The notes: a model not told the origin generated them from the letters alone. A DNA stretch of 36,895 bases from Octopus bimaculoides (GCF_001194135.2 NC_069003.1:11933039-11969933); one strand, 5' to 3'. Counted from the first letter of the stretch, positions 22,608 to 33,415 are shown. A program made the numbers and translations.

Positions 22608-23005
22608 TATAGGCACAGGAATGGCTGTGGTAAGTAGCTTGCTTACCAACCATATGGTTCCGGGTTCATTCCCACTGCGTGACACCTTGGGCAAGTGTCT
22701 TCTACTATAGCCTCAGGCTGACCAAAGCCTTGTGAGTGGATTTGGTAGACGGAAACTGAAAGAAGCCCATCATATATATATATATGTATGTATGTTTGTG
22801 TGTCTGTGTTTGTTCCCCCAACATCGCTTGACAACCGATGCTGGTCTGTTTACGTCCCCGTAACTTAGCGGTTCAGCAAAAGAGACTGATAGAATAAGAA
22901 CTAGGCTTCCAAAGCATAAGTCCTGGGGGTCAATTTGCTTGACTAAAGGTGGTGCTGCAGCATGGCCACAGTCAAATGACTGAAACAAGTAAAAGAGTAA
23001 ACAAA
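22608..23005 (+). mobile_element. SINE A (full length), just inside intron 1
   Basis: Close to consensus throughout. Confidence 0.85.
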
Positions 23006-23009
23006 GCAA

Positions 23010-23340
23010 ATGAAATGATTTGATCATCATCATCATCATAGTTCTAATCATGCTCACACTATCGTTACCATGATCATGTCATCATCATCTTCATCCCCAT
23101 CACGACCACCGTGACTAATGATGACCATGACCTCCATGACAACCACCTTCACCATGACAACAATGATAACCAACACCACCACCACAATCTTCACTACCAC
23201 ACAACCACTAACACTATTGCCACAACAGTTACCACAAGTACTGCCACCACCATCACTGCCAACGCAATCATTACCTCCACCACTGTCATCATGACAATCG
23301 CCACAAGCACCATCATCCCTACCTCCACCATCAATGACTT
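23010..23340. repeat. Degenerate (CAT/CAC/CAA) trinucleotide low-complexity tract
   Basis: Triplet periodicity that produces spurious His/Thr-rich ORFs. Confidence 0.85.
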
Positions 23341-23426
23341 GTGTGTGGCATGAGGAAATTTGTCTGCTATTTCTATCAGGCTGAGCAACCAGATACAGGC
23401 TCCACTGTTGGTTTGTGTATGTTTAA

Positions 23427-23654
23427 CTCTTTAGCGTTCAGATTTCTCTGTCAAATGTAATTTTAATTTATTCACATTGATATGGATTAGTCATGCATTA
23501 CTTTGTAGCTTTGAGATTTTAATGACATGATTATGTAATTTCAATTTTGAGGATAATATTACAAGGGAAGTGTAAGAGGCTGGATCTGGCCAATTTAAAG
23601 GTAAAACAGGGCTGAATATTTTGGCCAGATATGATCAGATTAAATGCTAAATGA
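23427..23654. mobile_element. piggyBac-like MITE (TTAA target); further copies 23811-24013, 35953-36249, ~36730-36800
   Basis: TTAA|ctctttagcgttc ... aatgctaaatga|TTAA; sister copies read ccctttagc... and ...gctaaaggg. Confidence 0.65.
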
Positions 23655-23810
23655 TTAAAGTTTATTATTACATTTCACTAGCTCCAGTTATTGAACTGTA
23701 GCATCAGGTTCAATAGAATTAATCAACCATATTGAAGCTTCTACTTATATCAATATCTTGCATTGATTTAAATTTATCGAAAGGCTAAGTTACCAATTTT
23801 GAAAACGTAA

Positions 23811-24013
23811 CCCTTTAGTATCCAGACTCCTCTAATGCTTATTTATTCACATTGTTTTGAATTAATCACAGCTTATTTTGGAAATTTCAATGATGTGATT
23901 GTTTATTTTTAGATTAAGATTGTAGGGTAAGTGTGAGAAGCTGGATCTGGCCAGTTTGGCGATTAAACAGGGAGAATATTTTATCCAGATATAGTTGGTT
24001 TAAATGCTAAAGG
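23811..24013. mobile_element. piggyBac-like MITE
   Basis: gtaa|ccctttagtatcc ... taaatgctaaagg|TTAA. Confidence 0.65.
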
Positions 24014-24287
24014 TTAAACATTGAAATTTTCAGTGAAGTTTCTTACTCTCCTACCAAAGCTTTTTAGGCATGCAAGAAAGTTGTGCTCATAACCCTTAAA
24101 AGGGCCTCTGAGAACCATGGTCGGGAGGATCTGACCTGAAGGCTTGCAACAGAGTGGTCTCCACTAAAGATACTCAAGATGCCAGGTGGAGGTGTTAAAT
24201 TGGGCAACAGATTCTGTCTGTTATTCAAACAGACCACAGTGGGATTTGAAGTCAGAACCTCTCAGAGAGCCAAAATAAATACCACAA

Positions 24288-24690
24288 GGCACAAGCATAG
24301 CTATGCGGATTAGAAACTTTATTTGCAACTACATGATTTGGGGTTCAGTCCCACTGAGTGGCTTCCTAGGCAAGGGCCTTCTACTCTAACTCTGGGCTGA
24401 CCAATACGTTGTGAATAAAATTTGGTAGATGGAAACCGTGTGGAAGCCTATCTTATATGTAGATGTGTGTGTGACTGTGTTTGTCACTCCACCCCACTGC
24501 TTGTCAACCAGTGTTGGTTTATTTATGTCCCTGTAATGTAGCATTTTGGCAAAAGAGACCAATAGAATAAGTATTAGACTTTTTTAAAAAAAACTTTAAG
24601 TATTGGTGTTGGTTCATTTAAAACCCTTTGAAGAAGTGCTCCAGCATGACCACAGCTGAATGATTGGAAGAAATAAAAGATAACAAAAAG
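24288..24690 (+). mobile_element. SINE A (diverged, full length)
   Basis: gggttcagtcccactgagtgg...ctccagcatgaccacagctgaatga. Confidence 0.75.
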
Positions 24691-24921
24691 GTATCTGGTG
24701 TGATTCTTTTACAATTACAACAGTGTACCATCTTGGATTAGTACCTATATTTATCAATTCCCTCTAAAAAACGAAAAGCAAAGCTAATCTTGACAGGAAT
24801 TGAACTTAGAATGCAAGCTCTCAGGAGATATACAACAAGGCATTTTAGTTGATTTTGTAATGACTTTGTCAAATCATCGCTTAATTTAAAATTAATATGG
24901 AGCACTTAATTATCTTCTATT

Positions 24922-25150
24922 GTTTACTTGTTTCAGTTATTGGACTGCAACCATGCTGGGGTATTGCCTTGAATGGTTTAGTCGAACAAATTGACTGCTC
25001 AATACTTATTTTTGTTTAAAGTCTGGCATTTATTCTTTTAGTCTCTTTTGCTGAGCCACTAGGTTATGGGGACATAAACAAACTGACACCAGCTGTCAAG
25101 CAGTGGAGGAGGACAAACACAAATATAAAGACATACAAATATATATACAA
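24922..25150 (-). mobile_element. SINE A 3' half, abutting maT copy 2
   Basis: ttacttgtttcagttattggactgcaaccatgctgg... Confidence 0.75.
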
Positions 25151-25155
25151 ACATA

Positions 25156-26019
25156 CAGGATGTGATGGGTAAATTGTTGACGTTTTATATATTTAATTAC
25201 ATGCATGTGCAGTATAGTAGGGTCAGTTGGACACCGTCTGTGAGAAAAACAGCACCATAATGCAATGCACTCTGCCAGAAATTTGGAAATGACATGCTGT
25301 GCTGCTTGGCATTCGTGCTGGAAGCTCCAATATGAACAGATGGTGAACACAGAACGACCATTGGCTTTCGGTGTCTCCAAAACATGTACCAAGTGTGATA
25401 AAAAATCAAACATCCAGTCAACATCATGCTGTTTGGAGTGATCGCTAGTGATGGCGATGTTATGCCTCCATTCATAGCGTTATGTCTCCACATGGCCTCG
25501 GACTCAACATGGAGGCCTACATTAAGTACCTGGAGGAGGTAGTACTGCTCTGAGTCAAGAGGGTGGCTGCTGGAAGACCCCTATGTCTGGCAACGGGACT
25601 CTGCACCATGCCACACAAGCAGGAGAACACAGTCATGGCTGTCAGACAATTTCTGCGACCACATCACCCCTAATATCTGGCCACCTAACTCCCCAGACTG
25701 CAGCCCCCTTGATTATTATGTGTGGGACACAGTTGAGCAAGAGACCAACAAAACTTGTAATTCCAAAGATGAACTGAAGGCAAGGATTATAACAGCATTC
25801 CCCAAGTTAAACAAGGAGGCTGTCCAGAAGAGTTGCAGAAGATTCTGAAGTCATCTGAAGGCTGAGGTTGAGGCCAATGGCGATTTTATTGAATAAATTT
25901 ACTCTTTACTATTTCAAAATATTTTTATGTGATTTTGGTAATTATATCTGTTAAAATGAGACATCTGTATTATTTTCATTTTTGCATAATTTAAAAGACA
26001 ATTTATTCACCACATCTTG
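25156..26019 (+). mobile_element. Internally deleted DD37D (maT-type) transposon, copy 2
   Basis: TA|caggatgtgatgggtaaattg ... caatttattcaccacatcttg|TA; DSAPCHTS and WPPNSPDCSPLDYYVW; contains stops and frameshifts. Confidence 0.88.
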
Positions 26020-26159
26020 TATATATGTATGTGTGTGTGTATACATATGTATATATAAGTATATATTATGTATATGTATGTATATATCTATATGTATATA
26101 TTATATATATGTATGTTTATATGTGTATGTACATGTATATATGTACATATATATGCATA

Positions 26160-26318
26160 CATATGACAAGGTTCTACACAATTTCCATCAACCAGATTCA
26201 CTCAACTAGGCTTGTATTAGTCCAGGACTATAGTAGAAGACACTTGCTGTGTAGTGGGACTGAACCCAAAGCTATAGAATTGCAAAGCGAGCTTTGTAAC
26301 CACATAGCCATGCCTATA
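26160..26318 (-). mobile_element. SINE A 5' half
   Basis: actatagtagaagacacttg..cagtgggactgaaccc-like block and cacatagccatgcctata. May be the other half of the copy at 24922-25150, split by maT copy 2. Confidence 0.7.
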
Positions 26319-26996
26319 ATTAATTGATAAAAGAAGAAAAAGTATGACAAACATTAATTTTAATTATAAATTTTAAAATAAACTTCACATCATGTTTCCA
26401 TGGAAACAACTACCCCAGGTAACATGTATTTGTGGGAGAAATGCTTGGTGTGCATGTCTGATGCTAATTATTATTGTAATCAGTTGTTATTGCTTCGTTA
26501 AGGCACTGGAATAAATTTCCTCCTCCTGTTAATTAGCAATTTGGATCAATTACCTCTGCATGCATCACGTTGAAGAAGGAAACATCTCAAGGAGAAATTT
26601 ATAGTGGGTGTATATGTGTGTATGTGTTCATGTATGTGCATGTCTATGTCTGTGTGTGTGTATGTGCATGTGTAGTCGTGTATGTATGTGTGTAAATGTG
26701 CATATGTGTGTGTCTGAATGTTCATGTGTGTGTGTATTTTTCAGTAGCATAGAAAAATGAGGAAAATATTAAACAAAAAAAAAAAAAGGTGACATTAAAT
26801 TTGTGATTATGAATTTGCTAAATCTTAACAAACAATTTGCCAACACAATTATATGCACAAGCATATTCAGAATAATAACATATGGTTGGGTAGTTGAGAA
26901 GTTATCTTCATGATCATGTTGGGTTCAACTAAAGGTGCCTTGGTCCATGAGGAAAATACTTTCTATCATAGTCCCAAATCAACTAACTGTCTTGCT

Positions 26997-27509
26997 CAAT
27001 GGTTGTCAACCAGGGTCCATATAAGATTTTTGGAGGCCCATGTAACAAAATAGTAAATTTGGGATCCACAATAGTATTTTCAGGGCCCCTGAAAAAACCC
27101 TGGCTTAGATGTATGTATTGGTATATATTGCAAGAAACAGCTGGGTTTCTTTCTCTAACATTTTACATAGTCCAACCTACACAAGTTAATGTCATCATCA
27201 TCATCATCATCATCGTTGTTTAACGTCCACTTTCCATGCTAGCATGGGTTGGACAATTTGACTGAGGAATGGTGGACCAGGAGGCGACACCAGGCTCCAG
27301 TCTGATTTGGCAGAGTTTCTACAGCTGGATGCCCTTCCTAACGCCAACCACTCCGAGTGTGTAGTGGGTGCTTTTGAAAAACAAAATAGGAATTTGGAAA
27401 AAAGTTTCTATAAAATTAGTTTTTAAACATTGAATGGCTATGGGTGTCCACCGGAATAAGATAGTGATCAAAGGGGTCCATAGATTAAAAAAATGGTTGA
27501 GAACTCCTG
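26997..27509. mobile_element. hAT (Charlie-type) MITE
   Basis: TIRs caatggttgtcaacc / ggttgagaactcctg; 8-bp flanks gtcttgct (left) and gtctagac (right, matching the NTCTAGAN Charlie target). Confidence 0.65.
27192..27376 (-). mobile_element. RTE 3' tail nested inside a hAT-like MITE
   Basis: (cat)n-gtttaacgtccactttccatgctagcatgggttgg...cctaacgccaaccactccgagtgtgtagtgggtgctttt. Confidence 0.8.
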
Positions 27510-27844
27510 GTCTAGACAGAAATGGACTGTATCTGTTGACCTATTGTTGGAGGTAGACTTAATGCATAGCTTGTTTTAGTATCTTAGTAGCAGAAATTGC
27601 TCCAGTTTCCTAAAATTATGAACTCTCTATGACTGGATTTGATTGGATTGCCTATGCTCAGTCTGTTGCAAGATGAAAACCTTAACATGTTCTTTCCATG
27701 AACCCTGGTCTCATGTGGAGGCTATGGATTTGTACTTCAGATCATACTGGTTTAATGAGCCCACTCTACTACACTGGCTCAACAAGGCTTGGCTTAGGGG
27801 TGTGGTTTGTATACTCTTACCCAGTAGTTAAATCGAATACATCA

Positions 27845-27996
27845 AACCAGTTTTCAACTGGTACCTATTTTATTGACCCCAAAAGGATGAAAGGCAAAGT
27901 TGGCCTTGGTAGAATTTGAACTCCGAACATAAGGACAGATAAAATACTGCTAAGTATTTCACCCAGCATGTTAATGATTCTGCCAGCTTGCCGTCT
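27845..27996 (-). mobile_element. SINE B (partial)
   Basis: ggtacctattttattgaccccaaaaggatgaaaggcaaagt...gattctgccagcttgccg. Confidence 0.75.
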
Positions 27997-28286
27997 ACAA
28001 CAGTGACCCTTAAACTGATAAATAAGTGTACCCCCACAGAAAAGTAGTGAAAATGCTTTGCATCCCCACTTACTGTAAAAGATATCTTTATCTTTTATTC
28101 AAAATGTAAGAACCACACTAAATATTCATTACACATCTAATACTGCTACTCATTAAAACTGCACCAAAGCAGTTGTTAATGACTTTCACCATAAGACACA
28201 AATCTAAAAACAAGATAAAGAAACGAGACCAAAAAAAGCAAAAAGAAATAAATATAGTTGAAACTTCCATTTAAAAAAATACTTAC

Positions 28287-28389
28287 CAATGTTTGTTGTG
28301 TTTGATTTACAGACTTGCGGATCAAATATTGCTTGGATGTTTGTCACAAAGGTGAGCAGCAGAAACAAAAGGTAAGTGGAAGGATTCAT
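28287..28389 (-). CDS. Coding exon 1: signal peptide and N-terminus (MNPSTYLLFLLLTFVTNIQA-IFDPQVCKSNTTNI)
   Basis: ATG at 28389; hydrophobic core YLLFLLLTFV ending in I-Q-A (signal-peptidase-like); donor ATTG|gtaagt (phase 1); acceptor gatttcag| 5 nt before the ATG. Confidence 0.85.
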
Positions 28390-29613
28390 TTTATCTGAAA
28401 TCAATTGAAATTGCAATGATATTTGATTGATAACCGATGAATGGTTGAGCATGTCTCCATCCGTTGTGTGTGCTCTTTTCTGTGTTTCTGTATGTTGATT
28501 TGCTTATATATATATAATCCATGAGAGTTAGGGGTTGAGGATTCAACCCACTAAGGGATAGTATCTATCCAATATACTGCTGGGAGGGTACCCAATTATT
28601 GTTACACTAGTGTTATACCAAGTGCAATAAGTGGGTGTGGGTAGAAGGGAGTTATTTTACCCTAAATTTATATAGCAATGAGAAAATGGAGGAGAATATG
28701 CAGTACCCATCAACTTGCAGACAATGTATTCCGTTGATTAATCTGTTTATTTTATAACTAAATTGACAAAAAACACAATATACAGACACTTATGACATAC
28801 CATGTGTGGTTACATAANNNNNNNNNNNNNNNNNNNNNNNNNNNNNNNNNNNNNNNNNNNNNNNNNNNNNNNNNNNNNNNNNNNNNNNNNNNNNNNNNNN
28901 NNNNNNNNNNNNNNNNNNNNNNNNNNNNNNNNNNNNNNNNNNNNNNNNNNNNNNNNNNNNNNNNNNNNNNNNNNNNNNNNNNNNNNNNNNNNNNNNNNNN
29001 NNNNNNNNNNNNNNNNNNNNNNNNNNNNNNNNNNNNNNNNNNNNNNNNNNNNNNNNNNNNNNNNNNNNNNNNNNNNNNNNNNNNNNNNNNNNNNNNNNNN
29101 NNNNNNNNNNNNNNNNNNNNNNNNNNNNNNNNNNNNNNNNNNNNNNNNNNNNNNNNNNNNNNNNNNNNNNNNNNNNNNNNNNNNNNNNNNNNNNNNNNNN
29201 NNNNNNNNNNNNNNNNNNNNNNNNNNNNNNNNNNNNNNNNNNNNNNNNNNNNNNNNNNNNNNNNNNNNNNNNNNNNNNNNNNNNNNNNNNNNNNNNNNNN
29301 NNNNNNNNNNNNNNNNNNNNNNNNNNNNNNNNNNNNNNNNNNNNNNNNNNNNNNNNNNNNNNNNNNNNNNNNNNNNNNNNNNNNNNNNNNNNNNNNNNNN
29401 NNNNNNNNNNNNNNNNNNNNNNNNNNNNNNNNNNNNNNNNNNNNNNNNNNNNNNNNNNNNNNNNNNNNNNNNNNNNNNNNNNNNNNNNNNNNNNNNNNNN
29501 NNNNNNNNNNNNNNNNNNNNNNNNNNNNNNNNNNNNNNNNNNNNNNNNNNNNNNNNNNNNNNNNNNNNNNNNNNNNNNNNNNNNNNNNNNNNNNNNNNNN
29601 NNNNNNNNNNNNN

Positions 29614-30099
29614 NCATCAGCATTTGCAAACATGAGTTAAGTCCCCTTCTAGCGACGGTGTAAAAAGAGAGAGAGAGAGAGAGAGAGATAACATTTTTTA
29701 AAATTTCGCCTTTTTAGTGAGTGATACACAATATAAACTATATTCTCCGTTTCTCCACAACTAATTTCCAAATTTGCTGAATCCGTTGCTCTACTCGTAG
29801 CGACATATAGCTGGTCGTGCATGAACATGGCAGAGAGCAGAAGTTACCAGAGCAAAAATCCTAAGTGTTGACTGTAGACACGCTTCTTTGCAAATGATCA
29901 GCTATTATTTTGTAAACAATGTTACGAAACTGTTCATGTTTTCGAAAGGAGAGATCTGACTCTCACGTCTCTGCGGGAGAAGATAGGCCTCTCTATTCCT
30001 CTTACAAAACTTACATCTAGGTACCAAATTTGCCTCAATTGATGGTATTACTCAGGTAATCCTAACTTAATCCCGAGCGAAGCCGGGCTATAGTGCTAG
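29614..30099 (+). mobile_element. Helitron-like non-autonomous element, 3' end
   Basis: Hairpin cccg-a-gcgaagc-cggg (30072-30087), 8 nt, then CTAG (30096-30099) followed by T; CpG-rich interior. The left boundary is uncertain and may lie in the gap. Confidence 0.55.
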
Positions 30100-30264
30100 T
30101 ATATATCTATTTATCTATATCTATCTATCTATATATATATAGTTGTGATTTGGTGTATGTAACCCTGGTGTTTACCACATGAAGCATTTACACAGATACT
30201 GGCTGGCTGAATATTGAAAAATGAGGAGCCTTTTCACTCTACCACTCGAATTATCTGAAAATCT

Positions 30265-30662
30265 AGGTGCAGGAGTGGCTGTGTGGTAAAAGTAGCTTGC
30301 TTACCAACCACATGGTTCTGGGTTCAGTTCCACTGCATGGCACCTTGAACAAGTGTCTTCTACTATAGCCTTGGGCTGACCAAAGCCCTGTGAGTGGATA
30401 TGGTAGATAGAAATTGAAAGAAGCCTGTCATATGTGTGTGTGTGTGAGTATGTTTGTATGTCTGTGTTTGTCCCACTCACCATTGCTTGACAACCAACGC
30501 TAGTGTGTTTATGCCCCTGTAACTTAGCGGTTCTGTGAAAGAAACTGATAGAATAAGTACTAGGCTTACAAAGAATAAGTTAGGGTCGATTTGTTCAACT
30601 AAAGGCGGTGCTCCAGCATGGCTGCAGTCAAATGACTGCAACAAATAAAGGAATAAAAGAAT
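30265..30662 (+). mobile_element. SINE A (full length)
   Basis: ggtgcaggagtggctgtgtggtaa...gcggtgctccagcatggctgcagtcaaatgactg. Confidence 0.85.
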
Positions 30663-31046
30663 ATGATTGTAAATGAAATATTAAAATGATTTGCTAGCAC
30701 CATTCTTTGATATTTGTCACACACATACTGTGTTTATTAAATAATATTTATCTCCCACCAGATGGAGTACTTTTTTTGTATATATTTTTATGAGGTACTA
30801 ATAGTTTCATGTGATGAAAAACCACTCAGACAGCATTTTGTAACACGTCTGGTGTTTTCACGCAATCCTCAAGCTTTGCCCACATGACATAACATGCTAA
30901 AACCGAATGATGGAATAAGAGAAAGTACAAGAATAGGTGAAAACAAAGTCAATGTAAAAGGTGGAAGATTGGAAACACTGGAAAATGAAAAGGTAAAAAG
31001 ACAAAAAGTGGAGGGAGAGTATTAGAGTTATGTCCCCTTTGGCTGT

Positions 31047-31142
31047 AAAGTCATAAGGCTGTATGGATAGGGGTCTAGGGATGTATGGATTAGGGCCTAG
31101 GGATGTATGGATAGGGGTCTAAAGTCATAAGGCTGTATGGAT
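31047..31142. repeat. ~22-bp minisatellite (tgtatggat(a)gggg(t/c)ctaggga) bracketed by a duplicated aaagtcataaggctgtatggat
   Basis: The core tgtatggat recurs at 31060, 31082, 31104 and 31134. Confidence 0.75.
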
Positions 31143-31699
31143 GGTACAGCTGCTCAGTTTGGAGAGGTTGGTATTTTCCAGTTTTCCAAGAGGAACTTAG
31201 CCATATGTTTACATCTGCTGAAAATTTACTTTCCTCTTGCCTTTTCCCATATTTTCTCATATACCATCATCTTGATTTAGCTTGTTATGGCATGTGGGAA
31301 GAGCCTGAGGAGTGTATGAAGATACCCAACATGTTATAAAATGCTGTCTGAGTTGTTTTCATCGCATGAAACTATTAGTAGTTCACAAAAATATATAATG
31401 TGTTTATTAAATAATATATATATAAGAGTTCAAGACTTGAGTGAATCAGGTACCTAAATAGTAAAGCACCAAGTTCGCACCAAAGAAATAGCAATCTTGT
31501 CCAAAACAAAATTAGGGGAACATATATGTACATATTGAAGTACAGAAGGATTAATATTCCACTTGCGTATACAATCACAAGTGCCTGACTGAATATACCA
31601 TGAGTTTCAAGGCTGTACCTAAGAACACTCACTGCACCAACTGTACTGCCCTTAATAGACTCCAGGTCCATGCTAATTGCAGGTTCTGAGTAAGGTGAA

Positions 31700-32240
31700 T
31701 AGTTAACAAATAATAACAAATGGAAATTGGTTCATTCTCTACAACTGTTTCAAAGGAATTTTTTTATTGATGAATAGAATTATTCTTTTCCATTCTAGGC
31801 ACAAGGCCCAAAATTTCTGGGGAGGGGGCCTAGTCGATTAGATTGACCCCAGTACATAACTGGCACTTAATTTATTGACCCTGAAAGGATGAAAGGCAAA
31901 GTCAACCTCAGCGGAATCTGAACTCAGAACATAAAGACAGATGAAATACCACTAAGCATTTCGCCCGGTGTGCTAACATTTCTGCCAGCTCGCCGCCTTA
32001 TTAATAGAGTTATTACATCAAGAATCTTTGGCTGAGGCTAGTCAGGAATCATGAAGTGGCACACAATATTGATTCTTGGATTGTTTATTTAAGATGTTTA
32101 ATTCATGTATATTCACCCGAAAAAAAAAAAAATTTATTTTGCATGATGTAATAACTATATTCATCAATAAAAAAACTCGTTTGAAACAGCTGTAGTGAAT
32201 GAATGAACCAATTTCCATCTGTTGTTATTTATAAACATAT
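31700..32240. mobile_element. MITE with ~100-bp TIRs interrupted by a SINE
   Basis: Left aaataataacaaatggaaattggttcattc..ctacaactgtttcaaa..ttattgatgaata[SINE]gagttattacatca is the reverse complement of ~32144-32240. Confidence 0.6.
31785..31999 (-). mobile_element. SINE B with degenerate TSD
   Basis: Flanks tgaatagaattatt and ttaatagagttatt. Confidence 0.8.
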
Positions 32241-32507
32241 ATTTATAACTGGCAGAATAAATTATCCTTTTCATAAGGAAACCCGGGGTACCTTTTTTTT
32301 TTTTTTTTACAAGATTTGTGTTTTTTAAAAATGTATATGTACACTAAGAGTTAGAGAGTATATATACCCATCATTGTATATACTGTCATATGATGCATAA
32401 CTTCAAAAGTACATTTGAGGTACCATGGATAATATCAAGAAATACAATATAAATACAATAATGATGAAAATAAATACTAATTTCCTTTCTTTAAATTTTT
32501 GTTTATC

Positions 32508-32650
32508 AAAACCATTCGCAAGGCTTCGGTTGACTTGGTTCTTGGTGTAAGATTAGAAGACACTTGCTCAAGATGCTATTCAGTGGGACTGAACCCAAAA
32601 TCATGTGGTTGAAAAACAAACTTCTTAACCACACAGCCACACCTGCACCT
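32508..32650 (-). mobile_element. SINE A 5' half
   Basis: agaagacacttgctcaag..cagtgggactgaaccc..cttaaccacacagccacacctgcacc. Confidence 0.75.
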
Positions 32651-33381
32651 TGTGTGTGTGTGTATGTGTGTGTGTACATGTATGTTACCTAAAGCTTAAA
32701 AATACCAATTACATTTACTGCAATTTTTATTACTATATATGTGTGTGTGTGTAAATATATTATAATGCACACACATACATGCATGCATGCATACATTCAT
32801 ACATACATACATATAAGCAAGAATACCCTGTTGTTGATGTTGAAATTCCAATGAAGGAGCCTGGATCTAGGTTAGAAACTGGTTCTTTCTCTATTGGCAA
32901 GAAATCTTGAAATAAACTGAATAATGACATACATAAACATACACACATATATACAAAAACACTCACATACATATATATAAACGCACATACATATGCACAT
33001 ATACATGTATACATACATATGTACATACATACACCCATACATATTTCTCATTTGTATATGAAGAAAACACAACAAAACCTTGCATTAGATCTCAGAGTCT
33101 ATCCTACATTGAAATAAAATTGAGGCTATGTTTGAATAAATGAACGAGTGAATGAATGAATGAATTAATTAATTAGTTAATTAATTAAATAATTAATTAA
33201 ACTAGGAAGAGAATGAACAACAGTTTTTCTTACCTGATTGATGATGTTTCTTTAGTGAACTTTAGCACAAACCAGGTTGTCATACCTGTCTATCAGTATT
33301 GAGTATTGATTAAAAAAACTGGGAAGAAATGAACTCTTCCAAACTTTAGAAAACAGAAATACCTCCCCTTANNNNNNNNNN

Positions 33382-33415
<34 letters not shown>

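Larger units (their letters stand above)
3989..28389 (-). other. Spliced gene (10 coding exons seen, 3'-incomplete) for a secretory-pathway protein with two tandem EPDR/LolA-like domains
   Basis: Exon lengths 103+201+234+137+123+112+155+105+66+124 = 1360 nt (453 codons + 1 nt). All introns GT..AG; phases 1,1,1,0,0,1,0,0,0,1 join without stops. Product: MNPSTYLLFLLLTFVTNIQAIFDPQVCKSNTTNIDDSFPKLDPQYSVFIEANYISNKSTVHFTEYHDTSKGANVIKRSQQDSKTDVYLFQSTGEMFTVSQDGACRITDLWKKPNKYLFGEEISNGRFFSLAGAIELAETNFFKVKEKTTVIDRGVSTSVWSACQYLPSMKATVTTTWYFATEDSVPVTPVRLHMKGKDSDGEALEYQFEFFHYKPYILTEKPIFETPRGTVCNGRKQTKPLPDFPDVFSCTTEIVNEAQNKIQYQEEEYDTINQLVRFTYKPVLGSEDSFGTGKLTKIHDYNIDVAYIIDDIRGNCTMQAIFGNDDDIRGDHNQHMATAKEIFKVDKGIFTYEGVQSIRGYDCDVWVAHIDTYPTFPLMTGSIIEWYFITRQWYYGKTAHGVPKLMIQTDLTSHEVEEKNIYNFRETEPDILLFDVTTCFEFRDKYKFIFTIP(G..). 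Family assignment is by motif recognition, not a database search. Confidence 0.85.

Noticed and set aside
23111-23388. His/Thr-rich and Val/Met-rich ORFs
   Set aside because: Translations of a degenerate trinucleotide microsatellite.
28390-28452. Upstream in-frame ATG (MLNHSSVINQ...)
   Set aside because: It would add a polar extension before a clean signal peptide, and an acceptor lies just before ATG 28389, so the segment is probably intronic.
30265-30340. tRNA genes
   Set aside because: The A/B boxes belong to SINE heads followed by SINE bodies, and no complete cloverleaf is present.
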